This document shows, one piece after another, positions 25,400 through 39,200 of a stretch of DNA of 64,000 bases. Made by a program: the position numbers and the translations under genes. The first letter of the stretch is position 1. Every line of letters starts with the position of its first letter. Under the pieces are notes generated by a model. It had not been told where the DNA came from. It did not search any database and saw only the letters and a program-made list of their open reading frames with translations. Location of the stretch: contig OZ336883.1 in assembly GCA_965287045.1 (NCBI GenBank), forward strand, positions 48,360,001-48,424,000, in the 5' to 3' direction. This stretch comes from Carcharhinus amblyrhynchos (lineage: Eukaryota).

Positions 25400-26480
25400 G
25401 TGTGTGGCCAGAGGGAGGGGACAAGCCCAGGCATTTCAGGTACTGCAGCACGCACCATACAAGAGGAGCAAGAACACAAGGTATTATCCTGAGTTATATG
25501 TATACCAACTGTGAAGATTATATCTGAACATGACAGAAGATCAGTGCAGAAGAAGGCTAAGATTATCCTGAGAAATGGTTATACAGATATGTGCTAAGGT
25601 GCAACAAGATCTGACACTACAGATCCAATGCATTACCTGCAGCAATTAAAAAATATTCATGCTACTGACTTGCTCCAGGGTCTGCTCTAGATCTCTGTAG
25701 CATTTCTCGCCAGCTGTCTTCAGGTGCATCCAGACTGCACTGGTGGGGGAAGTACATAAACATCTCAATATATATGATGACGGAGACACAGAGAGCCAGG
25801 GGATTAACAGAAATTACAGGCTCCTGTATAGCAATCTGCATCCATATTAACATAAGGGCACCAAGTAATCAACCAGGTAACCCTTCCAATTCCTGAATAT
25901 ACAGGGAATGTGTGACCACACCAAGGTGTTCCTGAGCACATATGCAGAGTATCTTGGAAACCGCTAAGATTCTTTGATACTGAGGAATTCACAGCACCCT
26001 CAGCTTTTTGGACGCCAACATATTTCAGTAGTTTGCTTTTGGGTGACAAGGGATAGCCTTATGGAAGTGGCTGATGACCTTTTAGGTGACTGCACATGGA
26101 GCCCAAAAGGTAGTACAACAACAGCCATCTGTTGTCCCACAACACAAGATTACAAAATTGAATAGGCTACAGGCATCTTAATGATGCACTTTGGATGTCT
26201 TGGCTGTTCTGGAGGATCACCACAGTATTCCCCTCAAGGTTCTCCAGAATAATTGTTGTCAGCTGCATGCTACTCAATATAGTGCAGCAAAGAGAGCCTA
26301 CAACCAGACGGCAGCACTATAATTCTGACATCTGAGAGGAGGATGATGAGGAAGATGATGAGGAGGAGGCTCATGTGCAGGGCAATGGAGAATACATAGA
26401 AGAGGAGGAAGAGGGTGACAATGGGAGACCATCTGAGCGATAGGCCCATGTATTCCTGATAGCTTTCTTACAGGAACAGA
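25400..26480 (+). mobile_element. Decayed PIF/Harbinger transposase (DDE_Tnp_4/HARBI1-like) relic
   Basis: Frameshifted translation gives MTEDQCRRRLRLS, LRNSQHPQLF, LGDKG*..WLMT, IE*ATGILMMHFGCL..SGGSPQYSP, SRIIVVSCMLLNIVQQR and an acidic tail, in Harbinger order. Confidence 0.78.
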
Positions 26481-26889
26481 TAATTGCCAGATGTCTCTTA
26501 ATAGAGAATAGATTCCCCAAAATTTTGATATGTCTCTAAATACATCAACTAATCCCTAATGAGTAGCTTCCACATAATTACTCTTTAACAGGGAAGCCAC
26601 ATTTCTCCAGTAAGTTCCCATAGCCAACAAGAGAGAAAACCAACAGCACATACTTAAACTCAGTGTCACCAATATGATCAAAACCATAACCATTCAACCC
26701 TTGGTCTCAAGATAGCACACAAATATACTTTGAGAATTCTTTCATAACGTGGACTGCACACATATGTTAAAGGCTGTCAAAGTGCCTGAGGAAATCCACC
26801 TTGTGCTGAGTCAAACCATACCAACTATGCCAAGACTGCAGTAGAAAGAATGACTTTAGACCCATGATTTTCATAGGGACATTGGTGCA

Positions 26890-28245
26890 GTGGTAGTTCA
26901 AATGGGCCATCTATCATTCAGTTAGATCATGACTGATGGCATACTTCCACACCTTATTTCTGCACTATTCCAATATCTCTTAATATCATCAGTATCCAGA
27001 AATTAATTAATTTCCATCTTCAACATGCTCAATGGTTGAGTATTCACAGCCTTCTGGGGTAGACAATTCCAAAGATTCACCAAGTGATGCCGAGTGAAGG
27101 ATTTCTGCTCATCTCAGTCTTAAATAGCATGTCACTTATTCAGAGACTGTGCCCCCTGGTTCTAGACTTACTAACCAGGGGAAACACCATATCCAAACCT
27201 ATCCTGTCTGTCCCTGCAAAATTTTGTACATTTCAAGAGGATCACCTCTCATTCTCTGAAACTCTATAGTTTCAGGCAGGCAGTTTCCTTAATCGCTCCT
27301 TATATGACAATCCCAGAGATTAGCCTGGCAAACCTCTGCTGCACACCCTTAATGACAAGAATGTTCTTTCTGAGGCATGGAGACCAAAACACAGTACACT
27401 AGGTACAGATCACCAAGGTGCCATACAATTGTAGCAAGACACCTTGACTCCTATATTCAAGTCCTTTTGAGATGAAGGCCAACATACCAGATGCCTTCCT
27501 AATTGCTTGCTGCACTTGTCTGCTAGCTCTTAGTGCCTCATGAACAAGGACACCGAGGTCCTTTTGGGCATCAATACTTCCCAATCTCCCATTTAAAGAA
27601 TACTCTGCTATTCTGGTTTATTCTACCAAAGTGGAGAAATTTGCAGTTATGCCATATTCTATCTGCCATGTTCTCACCCATTCACTAAGTCTGTACAAAT
27701 CTTCTTGAAGTTCCTTGTATCATCCTCACAATTTATATTCCCACATCATTTTGTGACATCAGCAAATTTAGAAATGGTACATTTGGCCCCCACATTCAAA
27801 TCATTTACATAGATGTGACCAGCTGTGATTCCAGAACTGATCTTTGTGGTACCCCACTAATAACAGCCTCTTGAGAATGACCCATTTATTTGTATTCTCT
27901 GTTTTCTATCTGTTAACTAAATCTCAATCTATAACAGTACACTACACCAGTCCCATGTCCTCTAATTTTATTTACTAACCTCCTGTGTGGGAACCATACA
28001 AAAACCTTTTTGAAAATCCAATATACCACATCCACTTGTTCTCCTTTATCTACACAACAGTTAACATTTAAAGCTCCAGTAGGTTCATCAAACATGAGCT
28101 CCCTTTCATAAATCCATGTTGACTCTGCCCAGTTACATCATTATTTTTCAAGTGTCTAGTTATCACATCCTCCATAACAGATTCTAGTATTGATATTGAA
28201 CTAACAGGTCTGTAATCCTCTGTCTTCCCTCTTCCTCCCAGGTAT
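26890..28245 (-). mobile_element. Decayed CR1 LINE (RT to 3' end)
   Basis: VDKGEQVDVVY..FKK..PHRRLVNKIRGHG; KDLGVLVHEAL..QVQQAIRKASGMLAFISKGLEY. Confidence 0.85.
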
Positions 28246-29939
28246 GATTGTATGTGCCAACAATACTGCAGTGACTACACATTGTGCAACACGACGCCAC
28301 ACTGTGCTTTTCATTCCTTCAGCTACTTTCCACACTGTGCATCCACCACCACCATTCAGTGTCGAAGTGTGTGTATCTGCAGATTGCATTGGTGCCAAAG
28401 AGCTCGGTTTCTGTGGACTCACAGCTATTGAGGAGGCAAAGTTTTCATCTCCAGTGGAGAACCAACACACGCAGGCTTCCCTGGAGCATACATGGTATTG
28501 TAAAATGTAGGGAAACCACTTTAGTCATTATGTAACTGTGCAGGATGACTGCCTTTGATAAAGCATTTGTGCTTGAAATGCACCTAATAAAATGTATTTA
28601 ATCATTGAGTCTCATCATTGATCCTCCTTCAAAAACAATCATTGACAGATGAGAAATGCTGCTAGAAGAACCTCAATCCTTTGGCCTACAATTACCTTAT
28701 CTGAATAAAGAAAGAGCTTTTTGCTGATGGAATGCCTGACAGACCCTTGTTCCCGATGGTATCAATAAGAGATGACTTCAGAATGCAAGTTTCAATCCCG
28801 CTGGTAAGAACATCCTTCATTCTGCAAACATTCTCAGTGAGGATATTAGTGTGCAAAAACAGACCAAAACAATTATGATGTTAACCAAATGAAATGAAGG
28901 GGGATCAGCAGGGTAAATATATGGGGTTACAGGAATACAACCTGGGTGGGATCGTGGTCAGTACAAATTCAATGGGCCAAATGGCCTCCTTCTGCACTGC
29001 AGGGATTCTATGATTCTAAACTACAGTGAACCCATCAACGTTGAGGTGGCATGGCAACATACTTGCGATCATTCACCTGTAATGACTCTGTATTGCCTTG
29101 ATGGAAGTGGAGACAGGCTGCTTACCTCTCATGCCATGTGGCAGTAAGGAATGTGGTGGCCAACCTTGTTGTGTAGAGTGCCATTGGGAATCTATTTTAG
29201 ACTAATGCCTCCACATTTATACAGGAGTAGTTGTATAAATGTGGAGGCATTAGTCTAAAATAGATCCCCAATGGTACAAGACAAGACAGATGATGGCTAT
29301 GGCAGTGGGGCTGCAGAGTTAGAAGGTGAGGGTGTTGAGATGCTCTTAGAACCTTTATCTTCCCTCATTAATCTCCACAGCCCTAGGTTGGCCTCCACAT
29401 GGATTAAGTGTGCCTGCCTTCTGGGGTGCAGCAGTCAGCCATTTCAACAACCTCTGTGCTACAATGTGAACGTCTTGTTAAGGGAATACAATTCCTCATG
29501 TATTCTGTGCACTCATTCTCTGAGTGAACTTCTCCAGACTACTGAGTGAACTTTGTTCGCTCGGTACATTGCTCTTGCATTCACACCGAGAAATACGATA
29601 TGCATCTCTTCATGATATTGGCCATTGACTCATGGTTGGCCCTCATGCAGTTGAGCCTCACTCAAGGTAGAGCTCATCATCATGATAGACTCCTCCACCC
29701 ACAGTGCTTGAACTCACAGTGCCTCCAGGAATGTTACTAAATGTCCACACATTTGCTGCCAATATTCCAAAGACTGTGTCCCACAAAGAAGCCATTCCTC
29801 AATGCCTACAGGATCATCATTATGACTCGCTTCAGAGGGGGCTGCACACTTATGTCTCTGACTCAGACACCTCCTCCTGCATTTTGATGTGGTGCCTCTC
29901 ACCTTGTACTACATCTTTCCAATGTGCTATACTCACCTC

Positions 29940-30155
29940 ATTATTTTCCTGAGGTCATTGAAGATATTCAATGTAGATCCTGAAGGCAATACTCCTCACT
30001 CCTGGAAGTCTTGAACCTCTAAAACTCCTTTCCCTCCCAGCAGATAGAGTGTTTGATAACTCACTTGGCAGTTCTTTAACGACAGTCCTCATGCTGATCT
30101 CTTCCACACATACTGCCAGGGTGCCTTCTGAGAATTGGAGCTCTGCCTTTGACCC
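29940..30155 (-). mobile_element. Possible Myb/SANT-like ORF remnant of the Harbinger element
   Basis: With frameshifts the minus strand reads RAP/FSEGTLAVCVEEISMR ... IFNDLRK, resembling Myb/SANT-like RAPxFS..L..LVEEV and KKFNDL motifs. Confidence 0.4.
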
Positions 30156-30364
30156 ATTTCAGAGAAAGTTCTTCTTCCAACAAATTAGAAACATAGTAAG
30201 ACAGAAGGAAATGGAAGCTCCCATTAGGGGATGCATTCCCACTTTAAATAAACTTCTTGGTTTGTTGGGAATTTCAACCTGGGAGTGAATGTATTTATGG
30301 TAGGATCAGTTATTCAGTGGAAAATCCATTGATGAGGTTACACTGGTTTTCATGTTAAAATTGA

Positions 30365-31835
30365 CTTCCAGACGGCCTTTGATAAAGTGCCAGACTACGG
30401 ATTTGTTGGCAAAGTTATAGTTCATAGAATAAAAGGGACGGTAGCAACATGAATATAAAATTGACTGAATGACAGGAAAGAGGGGGTGGGTAGTGGTTAA
30501 TGGATGTTTTATGGACTGGAGGAAGGATTGTAGCTAAGTTCTCCAGGGGTCAGTGTTGAGATCTTTGCTCATCCTGGCATATATATTAATGGCCTAGACC
30601 TTGGTGTACAGAGCACAATTTCAACATGTGCAGATTATGTGAAAATTGGAAGCACTGTGAACAGTGGTTAGTGTAGAATTTCAAAAGGACATAGACAGGC
30701 TAGTGGAATGGGTAGACAGGTGGCAGATGAAATGTAATGCAGAGAAATGTGAAGTGATTCGTTTTGGTGGGAAGAATGCATAGAGACAATATAAGCTAAC
30801 GGGGACAATTCAAAAGGGGTGCAGGAGCATGAGGGCCTGGATGTATGCGTGCATAGGTTATTGAACGTGGCAACATAGGTTAAGAGAATGGTTAATAAAG
30901 CATAGAGCATCCTAAGCTTTCTTAACAATGGCATGGAGTATAAAGTCAAGGAATCAATTCTAAACTTACATAGGAGACTGGTTTGGCCTAAACTAGAGTT
31001 TTGTGTTCAGTTCTGGGGCAGCATGGTAGCACAGTGGTTAGCATTGCTACTTCACAGCTCCAGGGACCTGGGTTCAATTCCTGGCTTGGGTCACTGTCTG
31101 TGTGGAATTTGCACGTTCTCCTTGTGTCTGCATGGATTTCCTCCAGGTGCTCTCTCTTGTTAACAGTCCAAAGATGTGCAGGTTAGGTTGATTGATCATG
31201 GTAAAATTGCCCCTTAGAGCCATGAGATAGAGGGATGAATAGGTAATATATATAGGGATAAGGGGGTAGAACCTGGGTAGGATTGTGGTTGATACAGACT
31301 CGATGGGCCAAATGACCTCTTTCTGTACTGTAGAGTTTCTATAATTTCTATGATTTTCTGGGAGGCACATTGTGAAGGCATTAGAAAGAGTTCAGAAAAA
31401 AATCACCAGAATTGTCCCAGGGAGGAGGAATTTCAGTTACATAGATAGATTGGAGAGGTTGGGACTGCTTTCCCTGGAGAATAGAAGCTTGAGAGGAGAT
31501 TTGATAAAGATATTCAAAATCACGAAAGGTCTGGATAGAGTCAATAGGGAAAAACCTTCACCATTTGTGGATGGATTGAGAACAAGAGGGCACAAATTTA
31601 AGGTAATTCGCAAAAGAAGCAATGGTGACATGTTCATATAGTGAGTGGTTAGAATCTGGAAAGTACTGCTGGAGAGTGTAGTAGAGAAAGGTTAACATTC
31701 AGGAGGAAATTGGATTATTATCTGAAAAGAAAAAATGTGCTGGGTTGCCAGGGTACTAGCAAATTGTTCATTTGGGGAGCCAGCATGGACACAACTAGTT
31801 GAATGGCAACCTGTGCTGTAATAATTCTGAGATTT
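30365..31835 (+). mobile_element. Decayed CR1 LINE (RT to 3' end)
   Basis: gcctttgataaagtgcca, caggggtcagtgttg, LVWPKLEFCVQFW, ALERVQKKITRIVPG..LRGDLIKIFKI. Confidence 0.85.
31016..31355 (+). mobile_element. Full-length HE1/V-SINE-like element nested in CR1
   Basis: A box, B box (gggttcaattcc), V-like core and CR1-like tail; ttctggg is repeated at both ends (candidate TSD). Confidence 0.88.
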
Positions 31836-32184
31836 TGATTAACAAAATTTGTCAGGCCAACACCACTTCTATCTGTATTTGTTTTTTTAATATAAATACT
31901 TAAAGAATAGTTTCAGCTGCAATGGGTACGTTTTACATTGAAACCAAAATTCAGCCACACTAAACATACCCAGAGTTAAAATCAGGGCCACTGTTCATTT
32001 CAAATGGCCTCATTCTGTGCCATAAATTTTCTATGCAAGTACAAACAATGTTGTCCTCAACACTTTTTTTCAGATGACCCTTGTACAGTTTAGGCCAGTA
32101 GTTCATTGTTAGACTCTAACAATGAGATTCTAAAAGCCCTTGGAAGAAAGGAAAGGAAAAAGAAAAAAGGAAGAAGGATAGGAC

Positions 32185-32460
32185 ATGCATTTGCTTCATG
32201 CCTCACCATTTCATCACATTATCTGAACGTGCTTCACATTGCAAATTACTTCTATAGTGAATTTATTGTTCTGTAGGCAAACATTGCAGCCATTCTATAC
32301 TGTCACATGGGAGATGAATAGCCAGTTAGTCTAATTTTTGTGACATTTTTGAGAAAAAATGTTGGCCGAGATCCAGAAAAGGTTTCTGCTTTTCATCAAG
32401 TAGTGCATTGGGATCACTCACATTCATCGGAATAAACACATGGGAACTCAGTTAACATGT
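32185..32460 (-). mobile_element. Old DeuSINE-like fragment
   Basis: Inverse homology to 44420-44765 (gtgcttcaca..aattacttc..gcagccatt..atgttggcc). Confidence 0.45.
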
Positions 32461-33129
32461 TTTTTTTAAATAGAGACATTTTAATCTGACAGCAGGTATA
32501 ATACGACTACTGTTGTTTGTAAAATGCAGTACGCAGTCAGTGATGTTACAAGGTTGCCTTCTTTTTCTTAATATTAAAAACATTGAGATTAAATTTATAG
32601 TTAACAAGAGAGATAATAGACAGCCAGTGAACTTTTAAACTGTGGCTTAGCACAAAGCTGGAGTTAACATATATCTGCTACCCAATCTGAGATGTGGGAA
32701 AACAATTGTGGTGATGTGACATCTTTTGCTTTAGTGCACTTGGAAGTCAGATTAGTAGCCTAACGTCTGAGTTATTGTACCACTTTCATGCCAACGCACA
32801 CATGAAACTACTTTACTGAGACACAAAGGGCCAGTGTGCCTGCAGTGGGATGCCGTACTGTAGATGCTGGTCTCATATCAGTAACTTTTACATGCTATGT
32901 ACAGCTGGCAAGCTTAAGTTATACTCGCTTGCAATTAATTTATTATAAAGAGCATTGTGTGTGTGTTTTTGTATAATATGCAGACATCAATGTCCCAAAC
33001 AGCGATTTTTTAAAGAAAATATGAACTTTTCATTATATATATATTTAAATTTATAAAGTTACTACACACTTGAATGGACATTTTTAATTTTGCTGTTTTA
33101 CTCTGGGCTTGTGTACACTGTGTAGTTTG

Positions 33130-33875
33130 GAGGGAAACCTGCAGGTGGTGACGTTCCCATGGATCTGCTCCCTTTATTCTTCTAGAGCAGTGGTTCACAA
33201 CGGGGTACTGTGAAGACCCCCCTAAATGTGCCAGAAAAAAAGGATTCAAAATGATTTTAAAAAATCATTAAATTAAACCTTCATCAGCAGCTCTGTGGCT
33301 GGCATCTCCAACACCCAGGGAACCTTGGCTCCTGCACTGGGGAGTCAGGAGGTGAGTTACTTGCCACAGAATTCCTGGCCTTTGACTTGCTCTTGTTACC
33401 ACAGTATTTTTATTGCTGGTTCAGTTAAGTTTATGGGCAAAAGTAAAATCCAGGATGTTGATAGTGAGGGATTCAGCACCGTTAATGTTGCTGAATGTCA
33501 TGGGGAGGTGGTTCATTTTTCTTTTATTGGAGATGGTGATTGCTTGACACTTGTTTCATGCGAATGTTACTTGCACTTATCAATCTAAGCCTGGATATTG
33601 TTCAAATCTTGCTGCACAGGGACTTGAACTCTCCAGTACCTGAGGAAATATGGGCCATACTGAACATAGTCCAACCATCAGTGGACATCCCCATTTCTGA
33701 TCTGATGTTGGAGGGAAAGTCATTGATGAAGCAGCTGAGGATGGGGTCTGGGGTGGGGATGGGGATTAATGACCAAGACACTACTCTGAGAAACTCCTGT
33801 GGTGATGCCCTGGAGCTGAGACCATTGACATTAACAAACACAGCTATTTTCCTTTGTGCCAGGTCTGACTTCAAC
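33130..33875 (-). mobile_element. CR1-clade LINE RT fragment
   Basis: LSCFINDFPSNIRSEMGMSTDGWTMFS (degenerate FADD region) and caggagtttctcagagtagtgtc (GVPQGS-like). Confidence 0.75.
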
Positions 33876-34319
33876 TAGTCTGTGTTCTGCAAGCACTTCC
33901 TCCCACTCTCTTTCATTTAAACCTCTCTATATACTGCGCCAATCCTTTCTCCGTTATGTAGTTATAAAGCTTCCTCATCAAGGCATCTATGCTATTTATC
34001 GCAACCATTTTCGCGTTCTAACCACTCTCTGGTTAAAAAACGCTCTCCAGAATTTTAGTTGGATTTATTGGTCACAATTTCATATTTAAAATGACTAAGT
34101 TTGAACTCTCCATTATGGAGGCATTGGGTTGAAATTAGCTGCAGGGATCAAGAGCCCCATTTCAGGATCATCGGTGCAATTAAAAAAAACAAAAATTACA
34201 TACATTGGAAATCCGAAATAAGAGCAAAAAATAAGTTGAAACGTTTTTCTCTCCAGCATTTTCTGTTTTTAACTCGGGATCATGTGTTTGTGCTCAAGGC
34301 CGGCGCTGTCACAGCATGA

Positions 34320-34490
34320 TATTAGGTGGGATCTGGATGAGCACTTTGCATGACATGACATTCGAGACCATGGGCCAGGTGCTGGTAAGTGGGATTAGGT
34401 GGGAGGTTAGGCGTTTCTTGCGTGTCAGTGTAAACTTGATGGACCGAAGGTCCTCCTCTGCACTGTATGATTTAATGATTCGATGATTCT
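34320..34490 (+). mobile_element. CR1 3' tail
   Basis: ctggatgagcact..gctggtaagtgggattag..gatggaccgaaggtcctcctctgcactgtatgatt. Confidence 0.7.
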
Positions 34491-34494
34491 GAGT

Positions 34495-34660
34495 TGCTCC
34501 CCTGCGCAGTCGTATCCTTGGACAGAGGGCAGCTTCCTCTCCCAATCGCAATAAGAGAACCCTCAGCCCTGGACAGAGGGCAGCTTCCTCCCCCAGGCTC
34601 AATGAGAGAGTCCTGAGCCCAGGACAGCTCTGAGCCCTGGGCAGCGGACAGCCACTGGGA
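34495..34660. repeat. Short degenerate tandem repeat
   Basis: tggacagagggcagcttc occurs twice about 52 nt apart, followed by ctgagccc subunits. Confidence 0.55.
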
Positions 34661-35549
34661 AGGCTGTCATTGTTGAGACAGCGAAACGGAGCCAGCTGAA
34701 AACGTTAACATACGGAGAGCCACAGTATTCGGTCCATAATGTGGAGGGGGCATCCTCCTGCCCCAGCTTCCAGACTCAACGAGATTCGGAAAATTGAGTT
34801 TTAATCGGCTGCCCGTCTGCTTCCAGAGAACTGGATTCTGGTTCCTGCGACAAATCATTCTTGGCAAATTGGCCAGGAGGCGAGGCAGCATCAAGAATCT
34901 GTCCCAATGTGTAAACTATACCACTCCACCATCTCCTCAACCCCGTTTCCAAAACCGCCTCCAGCACCGTGGCAAAATTCAGCCCAACATTTCTGCATCT
35001 ACCTTATCAGACCACGTCAGGATAGATCAATCCTTAGACCTCTCTTTTCCAGAGAGGAGTCTTACCCTTTTCAATCTTTCAGACTTGGGCCCAGTTGAAC
35101 TCCTGTGCAATGAGTGGTGGTGAGTTAAAACTTCACTGACATGACTGAAGTAATGGAATCTTATATTGTTCGCACATTTGTATTAATGTATTTGTATTAT
35201 ACTGTAGATACACATTTACTAAAAAGTTCAAAAATGTGTCAGACCACGAAAATGAATGGAAAGATTAGCAATTTTTTGTTACAAAGAACAATCATTTGGC
35301 CATGTTGAAGACATCGAATGGCCAATTTGAGCAGAAATGAATGTTAACATTGGATTATTAATGAAGTGTTAGCCTAGATTGTATGGACTCACGCCATTTA
35401 ACCTACAATCCCACTGAGTTTACTAAGTTATATGTACAGTTATCGGTATTGCATGTTGTGTTCAAACGTTCCTGCCGTTTTGGCAGCTATTGATTCAAAT
35501 TTTATTCATTTTAGTTCATGTATTGTCGGTGTCTACTTGCATTTCATTT

Positions 35550-35810
35550 GAGAATCAACTACATTGTTTTGGATCTGGAGTCACATGTAGTCTAACTCCA
35601 CGCGCCTGAAATACTGCAGCAGATTTCCTACCCTCAAGGGCATTGAGAACCAGATGGGTTTTTACCACACGTGACCATTGTTTCATGGTCACAATTACTC
35701 TTTTGCTTAACCAAATCCAAATTTCATCATCTGCGGTGAGGGGATTGGAACCCAAACTCAGATCGTTAACCTAGGTTTCTGGATCAAGAGAATATCACCA
35801 CACCATTGCC
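35550..35810 (-). mobile_element. tRNA-derived SINE (second family; related pieces at 53015-53220 and 55700-55770)
   Basis: ggagtcacatgtag..cagatttcct.ccct.aagggcatt is shared with 53120-53180; the minus strand has B-box-like gggttccaatccc. Confidence 0.65.
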
Positions 35811-35964
35811 TCTTGCGGCGACGCCTGGGTGTAATACCGCCTGAAATACCATGGCGCAGGCATTCAACCATAGGAGCTTCAGTAAAGGTCTAGAAATCTT
35901 CTGCATGATCAGAACAGTGGATCTTTAAAACATTTCACACACGTGAATGCTTGCGAAGTCACAA

Positions 35965-36215
35965 ATAAAGTTACAGTTAATTTATTAGTCACAAATAGGC
36001 TTACATGAATAGTGGGTGAAAATCATCTTGTCAGTACACTCCAGTGTCTGTTCCGGTACACTGAGGGGGAATTTAGCATAGCCATCGCACCTAACCACAC
36101 GCCTTTCGGACTGTGCGAGGAAACTGGAGCGCCCGAACGAAACTCACATAGGCACAGGGAGAATGTGCAGACGCCGCACAGGCAGTGACCCAAACTGTGA
36201 GGCAGCAGTGCCAAA
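35965..36215 (-). mobile_element. V-SINE-like element
   Basis: Inverse of 22617-22856 (tttattagtcaca..ggcagtgaccc..gtgaggcagcagtg). Confidence 0.8.
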
Positions 36216-39200
36216 TATTTTTATTCAGATGAAACGAGATTGCTGCATACAATTACCAGCGGATTTTGTGCACTGCCTCTTTCTGGCTGGACTTTTGAAG
36301 CATATGTATTTTATTAGCTTTTGAGGAAAGTTTGAACTGCCATTGTATTGTTAACTTATTGTATAATATAACCGTGGCAATGAATACTTGCGCGACGAAG
36401 AGGCTGGTAGATGTTTTAAGGATGAAACAAGCGTTTAGAATCTTACACGTTCGATTCGGGGAGAGGGAACTTAACTAATAGTAACCTCTTAACATATAGT
36501 TTAAAAGTTCGTGAAAATCCGTAATGCAAAATCCTATAAAAATGCTGGCGACCTTGTAATGGTCAAATGAACAAAAGTGCTCATTCTTTAGTGTTTGTGC
36601 CACTTGTATCATTTACTATAGATTGAAGGCAACAGCAACATTACATAAGGGCAAAGTGTCAAAAATGGACTAACAATGAGCAGAAATTTTGTCTTTTTCT
36701 TTAAATGCCATTTGGTGTAACAAATCGTCTTAATAAATGCGTTAAGTTCCGTCCAAACACCATAATGTCTTAACAAGATCACGAATTTCCAAAATAGCAT
36801 TGTCATCCCATCAAAACCATGCCCTTTGTCTTCATGAAGATTACAATGTTTTAAAAGATGCTATTGTGCCCTTCGTAAACCATAAAATTGTCACTGGGGA
36901 CTGATTAAAAACTTCTGAATTGAAACACGGCGGAATTTGTCTGCATCCTATTCAGGCCTGACAATGCTCCTTTCAGCCCAGTACACAAAAAGGGTTTAAT
37001 GGTGATTCTGTTGGAGATTCTCCAAGGCTAGCTGCATCCATATGGAATACACGGAGGACATCAGCTGGGACAAAGAGCCCAGGTGACAGCGCCAGCCCCT
37101 ATCTTTGCCCAACAGGCAGCAAAGACAACAGAGGGTCGAGGTACTCAGCGAGTTTCATCAAAATGCACGCCTCCTACATTTCATTTTCTCATGCCGACAA
37201 CTTTCCCTTTTACTGCTCTTTGATAGTTATTGTGCCGATATAAACTGCTTAACTTTCTGATACATCCCTAGCGAGATCCAAGTGTTGCTGCGACTCCTGA
37301 TGACAATAGGTCATTTTGACAAATTTGCTGCAATAATCTTACTGCTATTGGCTGCCTCAGACACGAGTTAAACAGAAAAGTGGATCTGATCTTGTTCATT
37401 TTTATAAACGGTACAATGCAATCAATCAGACTTTTTTAACTTGTCATTCTACTCATCATTATCACAAATCCTTTACAACGTTTAGAACCGTAATCTTTCC
37501 TCGTAGGGAACCACGGATATTTCAGGTTGAGACAACAATCTATGATATTTAACTTGAATATTTAATCTGAAATAATACTTAATAATAGCTCTAGGTAAAA
37601 GCAGAGTGGTTCGGTAGTGGGAAACATTTAGTTTTCAAGGTGCCTAAAATAGATGAAATGATCTTCCGAAGGCAAAGGAGGACAGCAATTGAGCTTAAGC
37701 CTCTAAATAAATGATTAGCATTTAAACATTCACACAATCACATGCTGTTGTTTACTCTAACACATCTCAGAGATAATCCGTGTTTCCTTGTTGAATTTGC
37801 AAAATTGTTTCCAACGTTCTCCCCATGTTTCAAAGAGGCGCTTTAGTTTACACGGGAGGGTGGGTCTATGATTAGAGAAGGCCAACCTCTTTATTTTCTA
37901 ACCAAGATATCTGGATGTTTTGACAGAAAATACTTTTTTTCGGAGTTTAGTTTTAATTGTTCAAAGCATTCAGCGTCAAACTCTGACACTATCTCAGATT
38001 TACGTCGGCAGCAGTAGGTCAATTTGCTGCAATTATACAGAGAAAGGATTATGACAGTAGAGAGAAGCAAACGTTGTAAGAGTTGGACTCTTCTGACTTT
38101 ACCGGTCAGTAACCATTCTGGATAGTGCCATACCCGTGCCTTACAATGAAAATAGAAGTTGCAAAACAATTCGGACGTTGTTTCACTTTGTTTCTTCACT
38201 TCTATGCGTCAATTTTCGGAAGTCTATTTTTGTTTAAAAATCACCTTTGCTATAGCATTCTGCTGTCCTGACGTGAGCTGTACATCGATTTCCTCCTAGG
38301 AAAGGCTAATAAATACTCCTCAATCTATATCTACCGTGCCAATCATTGTTTCTGAATCCCTTTAAATTACACAATAACCAATACAATGACCTTTTTGAGC
38401 TGTTGTTCACTTTCTTCCTTAATTGCTGTTTTAGCCTTTGCTAGAACCTTTTCTTCAACAAATCCAATTTCCCAAAAGTAAGCCTTTCCTTATTACTGCC
38501 ATCAAATGTTCATAAACTACGGAAGGAAACAGTAGGACAAAGTTTGTGGTGGCATGTTTAGTACATTTTCATTCACTTCTATTCTATGCATCAGAGATAT
38601 TTGATTACTGTTGTTTGCAAGTGAGGTCCCTTATCACGGCGCGCATTCATAGTAGAACTTTTTTAGTAACTACCGCAATTCGCGCGAACAAGTTAATCGA
38701 ATCTTATTACTGTATCAAATTCTAACAGGAATGACGACATTTAAAATTAATTCTTGTTAATGGGTAAACAGAAAGGAGGGAATTGTAGAAATCCATACGC
38801 TTCTTTTTCCACCTCCAATGTGTTGCTAAAGTAAGATTGTGAATGTTGTGTATTACTGAAGGGCTTTACGATTTCGTCGTACAAAACTAATGAGGGAATA
38901 TTGCCTGTCTCTTGCTTGCAAAGTCACTCCTTAAAACTAAAATGAAAGTGTTCTAAATAATGAAAAGCTTAAGAATGAATTTTTTTAAAATTAATATTAA
39001 GTATGTGTTGCCAATAAATGAACTGAAATCACCGTTGCTTAAGGAACATATTTTCCTTCAATCTTCGGGAGTGATATAAGTAGGCAAAAATATATTATTT
39101 TTGCATGATTTCGTATTATTTTGTTGGCATGTGTTGAAATTATTAGTTACTTAGTGATATTTCTCAAGTATTTAAACAAGGTCTGTATATATATGTATAT

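Noticed and set aside
25400-26480. Domesticated HARBI1 gene
   Set aside because: Multiple stops and frameshifts; it is a transposon fossil.
31016-31100. tRNA gene
   Set aside because: The A/B boxes belong to a SINE head that continues into a V-domain and LINE-like tail; no full cloverleaf.
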